Assembly: GCA_963798795.1 (NCBI GenBank)
Contig: CAWCUZ010000002.1
Coordinates: 11,169-75,168 of the forward strand
Reading direction: 5' to 3'
Source of the DNA: an uncultured Acidobacteriota bacterium
GTDB taxonomy: Bacteria; Acidobacteriota; Vicinamibacteria; Vicinamibacterales; SCN-69-37
DNA length: 64,000 nt
Part shown: in pieces, positions 55,236-63,557 of the stretch
Numbering within the stretch: the stretch's first letter is position 1
Layout: every line of letters starts with the position of its first letter
The notes under the pieces: model-generated
Databases searched by the model: none
Told to the model about the DNA's origin: nothing
Seen by the model: only the letters and a program-made list of their open reading frames with translations
Translations under genes and position numbers: made by a program

Positions 55236-56055
55236 ACGACCGGGCGGCGCCCCGCCAGCCAGCCAGGCCTGGCGCACCGCGCTCACCGAGATCGAGCCCA
55301 ATCGGATCCGGGTGCGCGGATTCCTGCTCGACGAGCTGATGGGGCGGATTCCCTTCGGCGAGACCATCTATCTGCTGCTGACCGGCGACCTGCCAACGCC
55401 TTCGATCGGCCGGCTCATCGACGCGATGCTCGTGTCGTTCATCGACCATGGCGCCACGCCGCCCTCGACGCTCGCGGCGCGCAACGCCGCCACGACGGGC
55501 GCGTCGCTGCGCGGTTCGGTCGCCGCCGGCGTCCTGGGGTTCGGACGCCACCACGGCGGCGACATCCTGGCGTGCCGGCAGCTCGTTGACGAAGGCCTGG
55601 CGCTGGTGCGCGCCGGACAGACCCTCTCGAAAGCCGCCGCCGCCGTCGCGGCACGCCTGGTCGATACGGGTGAAATCCCGCCGCCGGGGTTCGGGCATCG
55701 GTATCACACGAAGGACCCGCGCGCGGCGCGGCTGCTCCAGATGGCGCACGAACTCGAGGTCGATCACGAACACACCGGGTTCATCCGCGCGCTCGAGCAC
55801 GCGCTCTCGCAGCACCCCGCGCTGACCGACCGATCGCTGCCGGTGAACGTGGATGGTGCGATTGCCGTGATTTGTGGCGACATCGGTCTGTCGCCGCAGG
55901 TGGCCGATGCGCTCGTCCTGATCTCCCGCGTGCCCGGCCTCGCCGCCCACGCGCTCGAAGAACAGACACGGGAAGCGCCGATGCGCGTCATCGACCCGAC
56001 GGCCTACGTCTACGACGGTCCGCCCGAAATGCGTGTGCCCGACCGCAGAAAATGA
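55222..56055 (+). CDS. Citryl-CoA lyase / short citrate-synthase-family protein
   Basis: 277 aa with ETIYLLLTGDLPT, FIDHGATPPST, GFGHRYHTKDPRA (citrate-synthase His motif), and NVDGAIAV. It overlaps the upp 3' end by 14 nt. Confidence 0.8.
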   Translation: MARPKRPGGAPPASQAWRTALTEIEPNRIRVRGFLLDELMGRIPFGETIYLLLTGDLPTPSIGRLIDAMLVSFIDHGATPPSTLAARNAATTGASLRGSVAAGVLGFGRHHGGDILACRQLVDEGLALVRAGQTLSKAAAAVAARLVDTGEIPPPGFGHRYHTKDPRAARLLQMAHELEVDHEHTGFIRALEHALSQHPALTDRSLPVNVDGAIAVICGDIGLSPQVADALVLISRVPGLAAHALEEQTREAPMRVIDPTAYVYDGPPEMRVPDRRK

Positions 56056-56188
56056 CGGGTCCGCTGAACTAGACTCCGGGCGGCACCGAGGCGAGTCGCG
56101 CCCGCCGGCGCGGCGCGGGGATCGTGGGGCCCCCGCGAGCGACGGCGTCAGGGGGGTCCGGCGGGGACGAAGTCCCCCCGAATAAGGT

Positions 56189-56265
56189 TGGTGGGCGCTA
56201 GTGGATTCGAACCACTGACCCCCGCCGTGTGAAGGCGATGCTCTAGCCAACTGAGCCAAGCGCCC
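56189..56265 (-). tRNA. tRNA-Val (anticodon CAC) with genomically encoded CCA
   Basis: The reverse complement is GGGCGCTTGGCTCAGTTGGCTAGAGCATCGCCTTCACACGGCGGGGGTCAGTGGTTCGAATCCACTAGCGCCCACCA. It folds into a cloverleaf with a 7-bp acceptor stem, a GCTC/GAGC D stem, a TCGCC/GGCGG anticodon stem, the loop TTCACAC, and a T arm AGTGG-TTCGAAT-CCACT. Confidence 0.92.
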
Positions 56266-56316
56266 AACCGGACTGTCAGCTTACCGCACCCGGGAACCGG
56301 ACCGAAACCGACCCGA

Positions 56317-56931
56317 TCAGAGGCCGCCCTTCTTCAGGCCCTCGATCAGCACGCCGAGCAGGCGGGCGTACGCGGCGTCCGCAGTGCCGAACGACTTCAT
56401 GTAGGCGGCCTGCGACGGCTTGGAGTCGTCGTGCTTGCGGCCGGCGGTGAACACGCCGTCGAACGTGAGCCGCTGCGTGTCGTTCAGCGTGGAGCTGTCC
56501 TGAGCGGCATCCTTGGGCGGCCTGGCATTGAGGCCGTCGGCGCCGACGTCCTCGATCAGCGTCTTCTGGCTGGCCTGCACGGACGAATTCAGGTCCATGT
56601 AGACGTCCATGTACGACTTGTGATCGATCTTGTAGTCCATGTCCGTCGGCGGTTTGTACGCCGCCGAGACGACCAGGAGCTGGACGCCCGGGATGTGGAG
56701 GACGGCGACGAACCGGCCCTGCTCGGCCGGGTCGCGGACGGCGAACGCCTCGAGCTGCTTCGCGGTGAGCAACTGGCTGAGTTCGGCGGCCAGCGCTGGT
56801 GACTTCGGCGCGTCTTCGGCCGGATCCTGCACGGCGGCCGTGAGCGGAACGGCCAGCGCGGCGGCCAGAACCAGGATGGCCGGCACGCCGCAGTCGAAAC
56901 CCCGTGCCGAGAGCGATCGTTCCCGTCTCAT
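56317..56931 (-). CDS. Hypothetical secreted protein
   Basis: It has a signal-like N-terminus (GVPAILVLAAALAVPLTAAV) and GC3-biased codon usage. I recognised no family motif. ATG 56931 is preferred over 56958. Confidence 0.5.
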   Translation of the reverse strand: MRRERSLSARGFDCGVPAILVLAAALAVPLTAAVQDPAEDAPKSPALAAELSQLLTAKQLEAFAVRDPAEQGRFVAVLHIPGVQLLVVSAAYKPPTDMDYKIDHKSYMDVYMDLNSSVQASQKTLIEDVGADGLNARPPKDAAQDSSTLNDTQRLTFDGVFTAGRKHDDSKPSQAAYMKSFGTADAAYARLLGVLIEGLKKGGL

Positions 56932-57003
56932 GGTGAGAAACCCGGTTCTTTCTATCATCGGGCGATTCTCAAGGTCAACCGGCTGCGGTCGATCACGCCC
57001 GGC

Positions 57004-57423
57004 TCAGCCGATGAAGAGCGCGTGGTCCTCGTCGCGGCCGCCGGGGCTTCGTTCCTGCCGGCTGCGGAAGAAGGCCAGGGCGGCGCGGACAGCCGCCCAG
57101 ACCGCGGTCCCCTGCCGGGCGGGCCCGACGATGGCGCGCTGCACGACGTCGAGCACGTCGTCGATCCGCTCCGTCGAGGTGGCGACGATCTCATCGACGC
57201 GCTCGACCTGGGCCCGCGCCAGCGCCACCGCCCGCCCGGCGTCGTCGGCAATGCGCTGGGCCTGCTCGATCAGGGGCGCGACGTCCTTGCGAAGCTGCCG
57301 GACCGTGTCGCTCGCGTCACGCGCCAGCCGGGCCGCCTGGACCAGCACCGCAATCTGCAGCAGGGTCATCACGACGACCGCCACGGCGATCGTCGCGAGC
57401 CAGAACACCGCCCAGTCGCTCAC
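57004..57423 (-). CDS. DUF948-like membrane-anchored coiled-coil protein
   Basis: The N-terminal TM (WAVFWLATIAVAVVVMTLLQIAVLV) is followed by helical repeats (ARDASDTVRQLRKDVAPLIEQAQRIADDAG...). The start overlaps the stop of the YtxH-like gene. Confidence 0.65.
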   Translation of the reverse strand: MSDWAVFWLATIAVAVVVMTLLQIAVLVQAARLARDASDTVRQLRKDVAPLIEQAQRIADDAGRAVALARAQVERVDEIVATSTERIDDVLDVVQRAIVGPARQGTAVWAAVRAALAFFRSRQERSPGGRDEDHALFIG

Positions 57424-57689
57424 AGCGTCTCCTTGCGCACCTTCTCGAACGTCTCGCGCCCGTGCTCCACCGCCGCGCCCAGATTGTCGCGCTGCCGCTG
57501 GACGAACTCACGTCCGTCGCGCGCCAGACCCTTGGCGCGCTCGCGCCCCTCCCGCGCGCGGTCGGCGAGACGCCGGCGCGTTTCTTCGCCCGGGGCGGGC
57601 GCATAGAGCAGGGCCACGGCCGCCCCCGCGAGGGCGCCGAGCGCGAAGGCAACGAGCACCGATCCGGCCGAACTTCCGTCCCGTGACAT
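57420..57689 (-). CDS. YtxH-domain protein
   Basis: It reads GSVLVAFALGALAGAAVALLYAPAPGEETRRRL..., the typical YtxH TM plus APxxG motif. ATG 57689 is preceded by GGAGG at 7 nt. Confidence 0.7.
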   Translation of the reverse strand: MSRDGSSAGSVLVAFALGALAGAAVALLYAPAPGEETRRRLADRAREGRERAKGLARDGREFVQRQRDNLGAAVEHGRETFEKVRKETL

Positions 57690-57744
57690 GGCTGGCCTCC
57701 GTTTTCCGCGTCCGGTCATCCCGACGGAAACACCGGATCGCGTG

Positions 57745-58782
57745 CTAGAAAATGCTGACACTGACCCTCAGGAATTTCTTGGGGTCCTTGCGGATGTCGG
57801 CGAGCAGGTCTCTGAGCTCGGTCACCGCCCGGTTCATGTTGTCATAAAGCTGCTGGTCGTGCAGCAACTGCCCGGCGGTTCCGTGCCCGGCGTTCAGATC
57901 GGTCACGAGCTGGTCGGCGCGGCTGGCGATGCTCTGGAACCGCTGATACAAGACATCGTCGGTCAGCAGCTTGCCAAACGTGCCGTTGCCGTTCTTCAGG
58001 CCGGCGGTAATCTGCTCCGCGTTGGCCGAGGCGTTGGCAATCGACCGGCCGAGCGACTCGTCGTTCAGGAACCGGCCGAGCGCGCCCTGGCCCGAGTTGA
58101 TGCGCGTCGTGATCGTCTGGAGGTTGTCGAGCGAGGCCTTGAGAGCGTTGTAGGCGGCAGGGTCGTGGGCCAGCTTGCCGAGCGTGCCCTGGCCCTGATC
58201 CAGCGCGTGCATCACGCCGGAGGCCGAGTTCACCAGCGCATCCATCTCGCGGTACAGCGCGTCATCGGTGACCAGCTTGCCGAGCGTGCCTTTGCCGCTG
58301 CGGATATCGCCAATGAGCTGCCCTGCCTGCGCCAGGCCCTCCGACGCGGTCTGGGTCAACTCATTGATGCCGCCCGGCTGGTTGACCGGCACGTAGCCCC
58401 AGTCGTTGAGCGGCCGGCCCGACGGGGCCGCCTTGATGTCGACGACCGACTCGCCGAGCAGGCTGAGCGAGCCGATGCTCGCCTCCGACGCGGTCGTCAC
58501 GAGCGGCCGGACGTCCTTTGAGATCACCATGACGACCTCGATCTGGGCGCCGGAGAACCGGATCTGATCCACGGTGCCCACATCCATCCCGTTCAGCCGC
58601 ACCACCGCCCCCGTCTTGAGGCCGGCGGCGTTGGGAAACAGGGCCTTCAGCGGGTAGCGCTGCCAGAAGAAGCCGCCCTGCCCGCCGACGGCGACAATGA
58701 GCAGGCCCACCATCACGAGGGCGAAAATCCCGACAATGCCGAGCTTGAGTTCGGACCAGGCGAGCGATCGTGTGCGCGGCAT
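57745..58782 (-). CDS. mlaD: MlaD/MCE-family substrate-binding protein with a repeat-containing C-terminal extension
   Basis: It has an N-terminal TM and an MCE domain (YPLKALFPNAAGLKTGAVVRLNGMDVGTV...). Five copies of the motif G-x-G-T/A-x-G-K/R/Q-L/F-x-x-D-x-x-L-Y follow. Confidence 0.85.
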   Translation of the reverse strand: MPRTRSLAWSELKLGIVGIFALVMVGLLIVAVGGQGGFFWQRYPLKALFPNAAGLKTGAVVRLNGMDVGTVDQIRFSGAQIEVVMVISKDVRPLVTTASEASIGSLSLLGESVVDIKAAPSGRPLNDWGYVPVNQPGGINELTQTASEGLAQAGQLIGDIRSGKGTLGKLVTDDALYREMDALVNSASGVMHALDQGQGTLGKLAHDPAAYNALKASLDNLQTITTRINSGQGALGRFLNDESLGRSIANASANAEQITAGLKNGNGTFGKLLTDDVLYQRFQSIASRADQLVTDLNAGHGTAGQLLHDQQLYDNMNRAVTELRDLLADIRKDPKKFLRVSVSIF

Positions 58783-58824
58783 GATTCCCTCTCGAAGTCG
58801 GACGCGCTCCCGGGCTCCAGAGCC

Positions 58825-59690
58825 TCAGGAGAGAAACGCCCGCAAATACGGATCCGTGGCGGCGCGAAGCTCGCCGGCATCACCTTCGAACACCACCCCG
58901 CCATCCTTGAGCATCATGAACTCCGACTGCTCCATCTTCTCGCCGGCGGCAGGTTCGAACGCCAGGTCGCCGTTCTGCCGCACGGCCTCGTGGGTCGCCA
59001 CGTAGAACGCATCGCGCAGCTGGTGCGTAACGACGATGGAGCTGACGCCTTCCAGATCGCGCAGCTTGATGATCTCGTCGTCGACCGTCAGCGCCGTGAT
59101 CGGATCGAGCCCGGTGGTCGGCTCGTCGTACAGCAGCACGCGCGGCCTGGAGGTCAGCGCCCGCGCGATGGCCACCCGCCGCCGCTGCCCGCCCGAAAGC
59201 TCGGACGGCATGCGATCGGCGTACTCGCCCAGGCCGACGAAGCCGAGCACCTGCTGGACGCGCGCATCCGCCTCGGCGAGCGGCGCCTGCTTCTGCTCGT
59301 AGAGCCGATAGCCGACGTTCTCGCGCACGGTGAGCGAGTCGAACAGCGCGCCCTCCTGGAACACCATGCCAAGGTCCGCGCGCACGCCCATCAGTTCCTC
59401 CTCGGTCATCTGGTCCACGCGGTGGCCCTGCACCAGGATGCGTCCGGCGTCGGGCTTCAGCAGGCCGAGGATGAGCCGCAGGATCGTCGACTTGCCGGCG
59501 CCGCTCGCGCCGAGGATCACCTTCAGACGGCCCGGCAGCAACCGAAAGCTCACGCGCTCGAGCACGACCTTGTCGTCGAAAGCCAGCGAGACCTCGTCGA
59601 ACGCGATGACGGCTCCGCGCCGGCCGGACCGCCCGGTCGATCGGCGGGTTGCCGGTTCGCCGCCGCCGAGGTCGGTGGAACGGCCATCAT
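58825..59690 (-). pseudogene. mlaF: MlaF-type ABC ATP-binding protein; the 5' end appears frameshifted
   Basis: ORF 58825..59565 holds Walker A (GASGAGKST), the signature LSGGQRRRVAIARA and Walker B (LLYDEPTTGLD), but it begins at a GTG inside the first beta-strand. The missing strand (IAFDEVSLAFDDKVV) is in frame upstream with no start codon. ATGATG at 59685-59690, 6 nt after the mlaE stop, is in another frame. A 1-nt shift near 59605-59612 would join them. Confidence 0.7.
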
Positions 59691-59694
59691 CGCC

Positions 59695-60468
59695 TCAGTA
59701 CATCACCGCGATCAGAAACTTCGTCAACAGGAAATCGACGGCGAGCACGGCGACCGAGCCGCCGACCACCGCATTCGTGGTAGCGCGGCCGACGCCCTGC
59801 GTGCCGCCGCGCGTCCGGATGCCCACGTGACAGCCGATCGTGACCAGCACGAACCCCAGCACGACCGGCTTGATGAGGCCCATCCACAGGTCCTGCATGT
59901 ACAGCCCCTGCACGACGTTGTTCCAGTAGACGGTGCCCGCCACCTTGAGCTGCATCTTGCTGATGATCGAGCCGCCGAACATCCCGACCGCGTCGCTGAC
60001 GACGGTCAGCACCGGCACCATGATCGTGCCGGCGAGCACGCGCGGCAGCACGAGCTTGCGCACCGGATCGGTGCCGAGCGCGCGCAGCGCGGCGATCTGC
60101 TCGGTCACGGCCATCGAACCGAGCTCGGCGGCAATGCCGGACCCGACGCGGCCCGTCACCATGAGCGCCGTGAGCACGGGCCCCAGCTCGCGCACCATCG
60201 AGGCGCTGACGAGCCGGCCGACCATGGACCGCGCGCCGAACTGGTCGAGCGTCATCCCCGACTGCAGCGCGAGCACCATGCCGGTGAACATGCCCGTCAG
60301 CACGACGACGGTCATCGACCCGATGCCGATCGCGTCGAACTGCTCGACGATGTCGCGCATGTAGATCGGCGGCGTGACCGCGGCCCGGCCCAGGCGGCCG
60401 ATCAGCAGCAGGTATTCCTGAAGTTCGAGGAGGGCGCGCTTGAGCCAGTTCGAGGCGGCGCCAGCCAC
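59695..60468 (-). CDS. mlaE: MlaE-type ABC transporter permease
   Basis: 257 aa with 5-6 TM segments and conserved blocks (GIGSMTVVVLTGMFTGMVLALQ, ELGPVLTALMVTGRVGSGIAAELGSMAVTEQIAALRALG). Confidence 0.9.
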   Translation of the reverse strand: MAGAASNWLKRALLELQEYLLLIGRLGRAAVTPPIYMRDIVEQFDAIGIGSMTVVVLTGMFTGMVLALQSGMTLDQFGARSMVGRLVSASMVRELGPVLTALMVTGRVGSGIAAELGSMAVTEQIAALRALGTDPVRKLVLPRVLAGTIMVPVLTVVSDAVGMFGGSIISKMQLKVAGTVYWNNVVQGLYMQDLWMGLIKPVVLGFVLVTIGCHVGIRTRGGTQGVGRATTNAVVGGSVAVLAVDFLLTKFLIAVMY

Positions 60469-62496
60469 TCAGGGTCCCTCCACGGCCGCCACCAGGTCCG
60501 GATTGCGCAGGCGGCGCAGCCGGTCGCGAATCGCGGCCGCGCGCTCGAACTCGAGATTGGCCGCCGCGTCGCGCATCTCGCGCTCCAGATCGGCAATGAA
60601 CGCGTCGCGCTCCGCCCGGGTCCGGAACGTGTCGCGCTCGTCGGGGGCGGTCGGCACCGTGACGTAGTCGCGCTCGTAGACGCTCGACAGGACGTCGTCG
60701 ATGTGCTTGACGATGGACGCCGGGGTGATGTCGTGCTCGGCGTTGTAGGCCTCCTGCACGGACCGGCGGCGCTCGGTCTCGGCGATCGCGCGGCGCATCG
60801 AGTCGGTCAGCGCGTCGGCGTAGAGAATCGCCCGGCCGTGCACGTTGCGCGCGGCGCGGCCCATCGTCTGGATCAGCGCGCCGGCCGATCGCAGAAAGCC
60901 CTCCTTGTCCGCGTCGAGAATCGCCACCAGCGACACCTCCGGCAGGTCGAGCCCCTCGCGCAGCAGGTTGATTCCCACCAGCACGTCAAAGGTGCCCACG
61001 CGCAGATCACGCAGGATCTGCACCCGTTCCAGCGTGTCGATATCCGAATGCAGATAGCGGACCCGGACGCCCAGCTCCTGGTAGTACTGCGACAGGTCCT
61101 CGGCCATGCGCTTGGTCAGCGTGGTGACGAGCACGCGCTCGCGGCCCTCGACGACCTGCCGGATTTCCCCCAGCAGATCGTCGATCTGGCCCCTCACGGG
61201 CCGGACTTCAATCATCGGATCGACCAGGCCCGTGGGCCGGATGATCTGCTCCACGATGACGCCGCCCGCCTGCCGGAGCTCGTACGGCCCGGGTGTCGCA
61301 CTGACGTACACCACCTGTCGAACGCGGGCCTCCCACTCCTCGAAGTTGAGCGGCCGGTTGTCGAGGGCGGAGGGCAGGCGGAAGCCGTAGTCGACGAGCA
61401 CCTGCTTGCGCGACCGGTCGCCGTGATACATGCCGCGCACCTGCGGCACCGTCTGATGGCTCTCGTCGACGATGATGAGCGCGTCCTCGGGCAGGTAGTC
61501 GAGCAGCGTCGGCGGCGGCTCGCCCGGTGCGCGGCCCGAAAGATGACGGGAGTAGTTCTCGATGCCGTGGCAGTAGCCGATCTCCTTGATCATCTCGAGG
61601 TCGAACATGGTGCGCTGGTGCAGCCGCTGCGCCTCGAGGGCCTTGCCCGCGCCCTCGAGCTCGGCCAGCCGGTCGGCCAGCTCGGCCTTGATGGCGCGGA
61701 TCGCCTCGGTCGTCCGCGCACGCGGCATGACGAAGTGCGACTTCGGGTAGACCGTGATCCGGTCGTGGCGGCGGATCTCGCGCCCGGTGAGCGGGTCGAA
61801 GGTGACGAGCTCGTCGACCTCGTCGCCGAACAGCGCGATGCGGAGGCCCAGTTCCTCGTACGCCGGATAGACCTCGATGGTGTCGCCGCGGACGCGGAAG
61901 GTGCCCCGGCGGAACTCGACGTCGTTGCGCTCGTACTGGATTTCGACCAGCTTGCGCAGGATCGCGTCGCGCGGCATGGTCTGGCCCCGCGTCAGCGCGA
62001 GCACCAGCGAGTAGTACGCCTCGGGCGAGCCCAGGCCGTAGATGCACGACACGCTGGCCACGATGATGACGTCGCGGCGTTCGAAGAGCGAGCGCGTGGC
62101 CGACAGCCGCAGCCGATCGATCTCGTCGTTGATGATGGCTTCCTTCTCGATGTACGAGTCGGTCGCCGGCATGTAGGCCTCGGGCTGGTAGTAGTCGTAG
62201 TAGCTGACGAAGAACTCGACGGCGTTCTGCGGAAAGAAGCGCCGGAACTCCTGGTACAGCTGGGCGGCCAGCGTCTTGTTGTGCACCATCACCAGCGCGG
62301 AGCGGTTCACCCGGGCGATGACCTGCGCCATGGTGAAGGTCTTGCCCGACCCGGTGACGCCGAGCAGCACCTGGGCCCGATCGCCCCGGTCGAGGCCGGC
62401 CACGAGCTGGTCGATCGCCCGCGGCTGGTCGCCGCGCAGATCGAAGTCGGTCTGCAGCCGGAAACGGTCGGAAGTATCGGAGCGACTAGACGACAT
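60469..62496 (-). CDS. uvrB: Excinuclease ABC subunit B
   Basis: 675 aa with [10 protein letters not shown], Walker A ([12 protein letters not shown]), [18 protein letters not shown], helicase motifs and the C-terminal UVR domain ([12 protein letters not shown]). Confidence 0.96.
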   Translation of the reverse strand: MSSSRSDTSDRFRLQTDFDLRGDQPRAIDQLVAGLDRGDRAQVLLGVTGSGKTFTMAQVIARVNRSALVMVHNKTLAAQLYQEFRRFFPQNAVEFFVSYYDYYQPEAYMPATDSYIEKEAIINDEIDRLRLSATRSLFERRDVIIVASVSCIYGLGSPEAYYSLVLALTRGQTMPRDAILRKLVEIQYERNDVEFRRGTFRVRGDTIEVYPAYEELGLRIALFGDEVDELVTFDPLTGREIRRHDRITVYPKSHFVMPRARTTEAIRAIKAELADRLAELEGAGKALEAQRLHQRTMFDLEMIKEIGYCHGIENYSRHLSGRAPGEPPPTLLDYLPEDALIIVDESHQTVPQVRGMYHGDRSRKQVLVDYGFRLPSALDNRPLNFEEWEARVRQVVYVSATPGPYELRQAGGVIVEQIIRPTGLVDPMIEVRPVRGQIDDLLGEIRQVVEGRERVLVTTLTKRMAEDLSQYYQELGVRVRYLHSDIDTLERVQILRDLRVGTFDVLVGINLLREGLDLPEVSLVAILDADKEGFLRSAGALIQTMGRAARNVHGRAILYADALTDSMRRAIAETERRRSVQEAYNAEHDITPASIVKHIDDVLSSVYERDYVTVPTAPDERDTFRTRAERDAFIADLEREMRDAAANLEFERAAAIRDRLRRLRNPDLVAAVEGP

Positions 62497-62549
62497 GCGG
62501 CACGACCACTCGAACCCCTCATGGTACTACGCCGCCCCCCCGGACCGGC

Positions 62550-63473
62550 TCAGCGGCCGGGAGTGGCAGGGGCGTAGTAGCCGGGTCGTGTCCGGAGAGT
62601 GGCGTGGTCGACGTCGGGCCCCACGAGACGGACCTCGACCTTGCGGAACTTGCCGTCGGCGCGCGGATTGGTGGACGTGTAGCCGATCGTGTAGCGCGAA
62701 ACGAGCTCGTCGAGGATCTTGGCGTAAATCTCGTCGATGTCGTTCTTCGACGTCGGGAAGAAGGCCTGGCCGCCGGTATCGTGCGCGATCTGCCGCACGC
62801 GCAGCTGCTGCGCGATCCGATCGCCGCGCGGCTGGTGGTCGAGATACCCGACCGCGTAGACCATCACGTGCGCGTAGCGCAGCAGCTCGTCGAGCCGGCC
62901 GAACGTCATCGCGCTCGTCGTATCGCCGCCGTCGGTGTAGAGCAGCAGCACGTGCTGGCCGTCGCGGTCGAGCGTGCCCTGCACGTACAGGCCCACCGCG
63001 TCGTACAGGGCCGTGGCGCCCCCGGCGTGCCGGTCGCGAATCCGCTCGAAGAGGCGCGGCAGGTCCGACGGGCCGAACCGACCGATGCGGATGGCGGTAT
63101 CGAAATCCACGAGGGTGACGTCGCGGGCCTCGTCGAGCGCGCGGGCGAAGCGGATGGCGGCCTCGCTGGCGACCTCGAGGTCGTTCTGCATGCTCTCGCT
63201 GGTGTCCAGCAGCAGGCCGAGGTGCAGCGGCGGCGGATGGCCCGACGCCCCTTCGGCGAACGAGAGAATGCGCTGCGGTTCTCCGTCCTCCCGGATCTCG
63301 AAGTTCTCGGGCTTCAGCCCCCGCACGATCTGGCCGTCCCGCCCGGTCACGATCACCGGGAGACTGACCAGATCGACCCGGTCGCGAAAGACCTGCGGCG
63401 CGGCGGGGACCCCGACGGCCGACACCGCCGCCAGGGCCACGAGCGCGGGACCGGCTGCGCGGCGCCAGGACAT
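62550..63473 (-). CDS. VWA-domain protein (VWFA-related acidobacterial-type)
   Basis: It has a signal peptide, then the N-terminal block VDLVSLPVIVTGRDGQIVRGLKPENFEIREDGEPQRI, the MIDAS-like motif LLLDTSESM, and the C-terminal block YTIGYTSTNPRADGKFRKVEVRL. Confidence 0.85.
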   Translation of the reverse strand: MSWRRAAGPALVALAAVSAVGVPAAPQVFRDRVDLVSLPVIVTGRDGQIVRGLKPENFEIREDGEPQRILSFAEGASGHPPPLHLGLLLDTSESMQNDLEVASEAAIRFARALDEARDVTLVDFDTAIRIGRFGPSDLPRLFERIRDRHAGGATALYDAVGLYVQGTLDRDGQHVLLLYTDGGDTTSAMTFGRLDELLRYAHVMVYAVGYLDHQPRGDRIAQQLRVRQIAHDTGGQAFFPTSKNDIDEIYAKILDELVSRYTIGYTSTNPRADGKFRKVEVRLVGPDVDHATLRTRPGYYAPATPGR

Positions 63474-63543
63474 CAGACCGGTATCTTAGCGCCGGGCGGT
63501 GCCGGCCGTACCGGTCCGGCGCGGCGCGACCGGCCGGGTCCTC

Positions 63544-63549
63544 TATAAT
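63544..63549 (+). promoter_or_regulatory. Perfect TATAAT hexamer immediately upstream of the next ORF (candidate -10 box)
   Basis: The sequence ctcTATAATgaggggttGTG places the hexamer 8 nt before GTG 63558. No TTGACA-like -35 lies at the expected distance. A perfect TATAAT is uncommon in DNA this GC-rich. Confidence 0.3.
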
Positions 63550-63557
63550 GAGGGGTT

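Noticed and set aside
56163-56177. The hairpin GGGGAC-GAA-GTCCCC, 12 nt downstream of tRNA-Val, considered as a terminator.
   Set aside because: The stem is 6 bp with a 3-nt loop and there is no U tract on either strand. The support is insufficient to annotate it.
55183-56259. A 358-aa minus-strand ORF covering the citryl-CoA lyase gene and running into the tRNA.
   Set aside because: It is antisense to a conserved plus-strand gene and overlaps tRNA-Val, and it has no motifs.
56100-56320. The tRNA-Val flank examined as a possible integration site for a genomic island.
   Set aside because: There is no integrase, no direct repeat of the tRNA 3' end, and no compositional break on either side. 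The neighbouring genes are ordinary housekeeping or envelope genes.
58990-62577. A 1195-aa plus-strand ORF over mlaF, mlaE and uvrB.
   Set aside because: It is antisense to uvrB and the mla genes, which carry unambiguous motifs. Its composition is Arg/His/Asp/Gly-rich with no recognisable domain.
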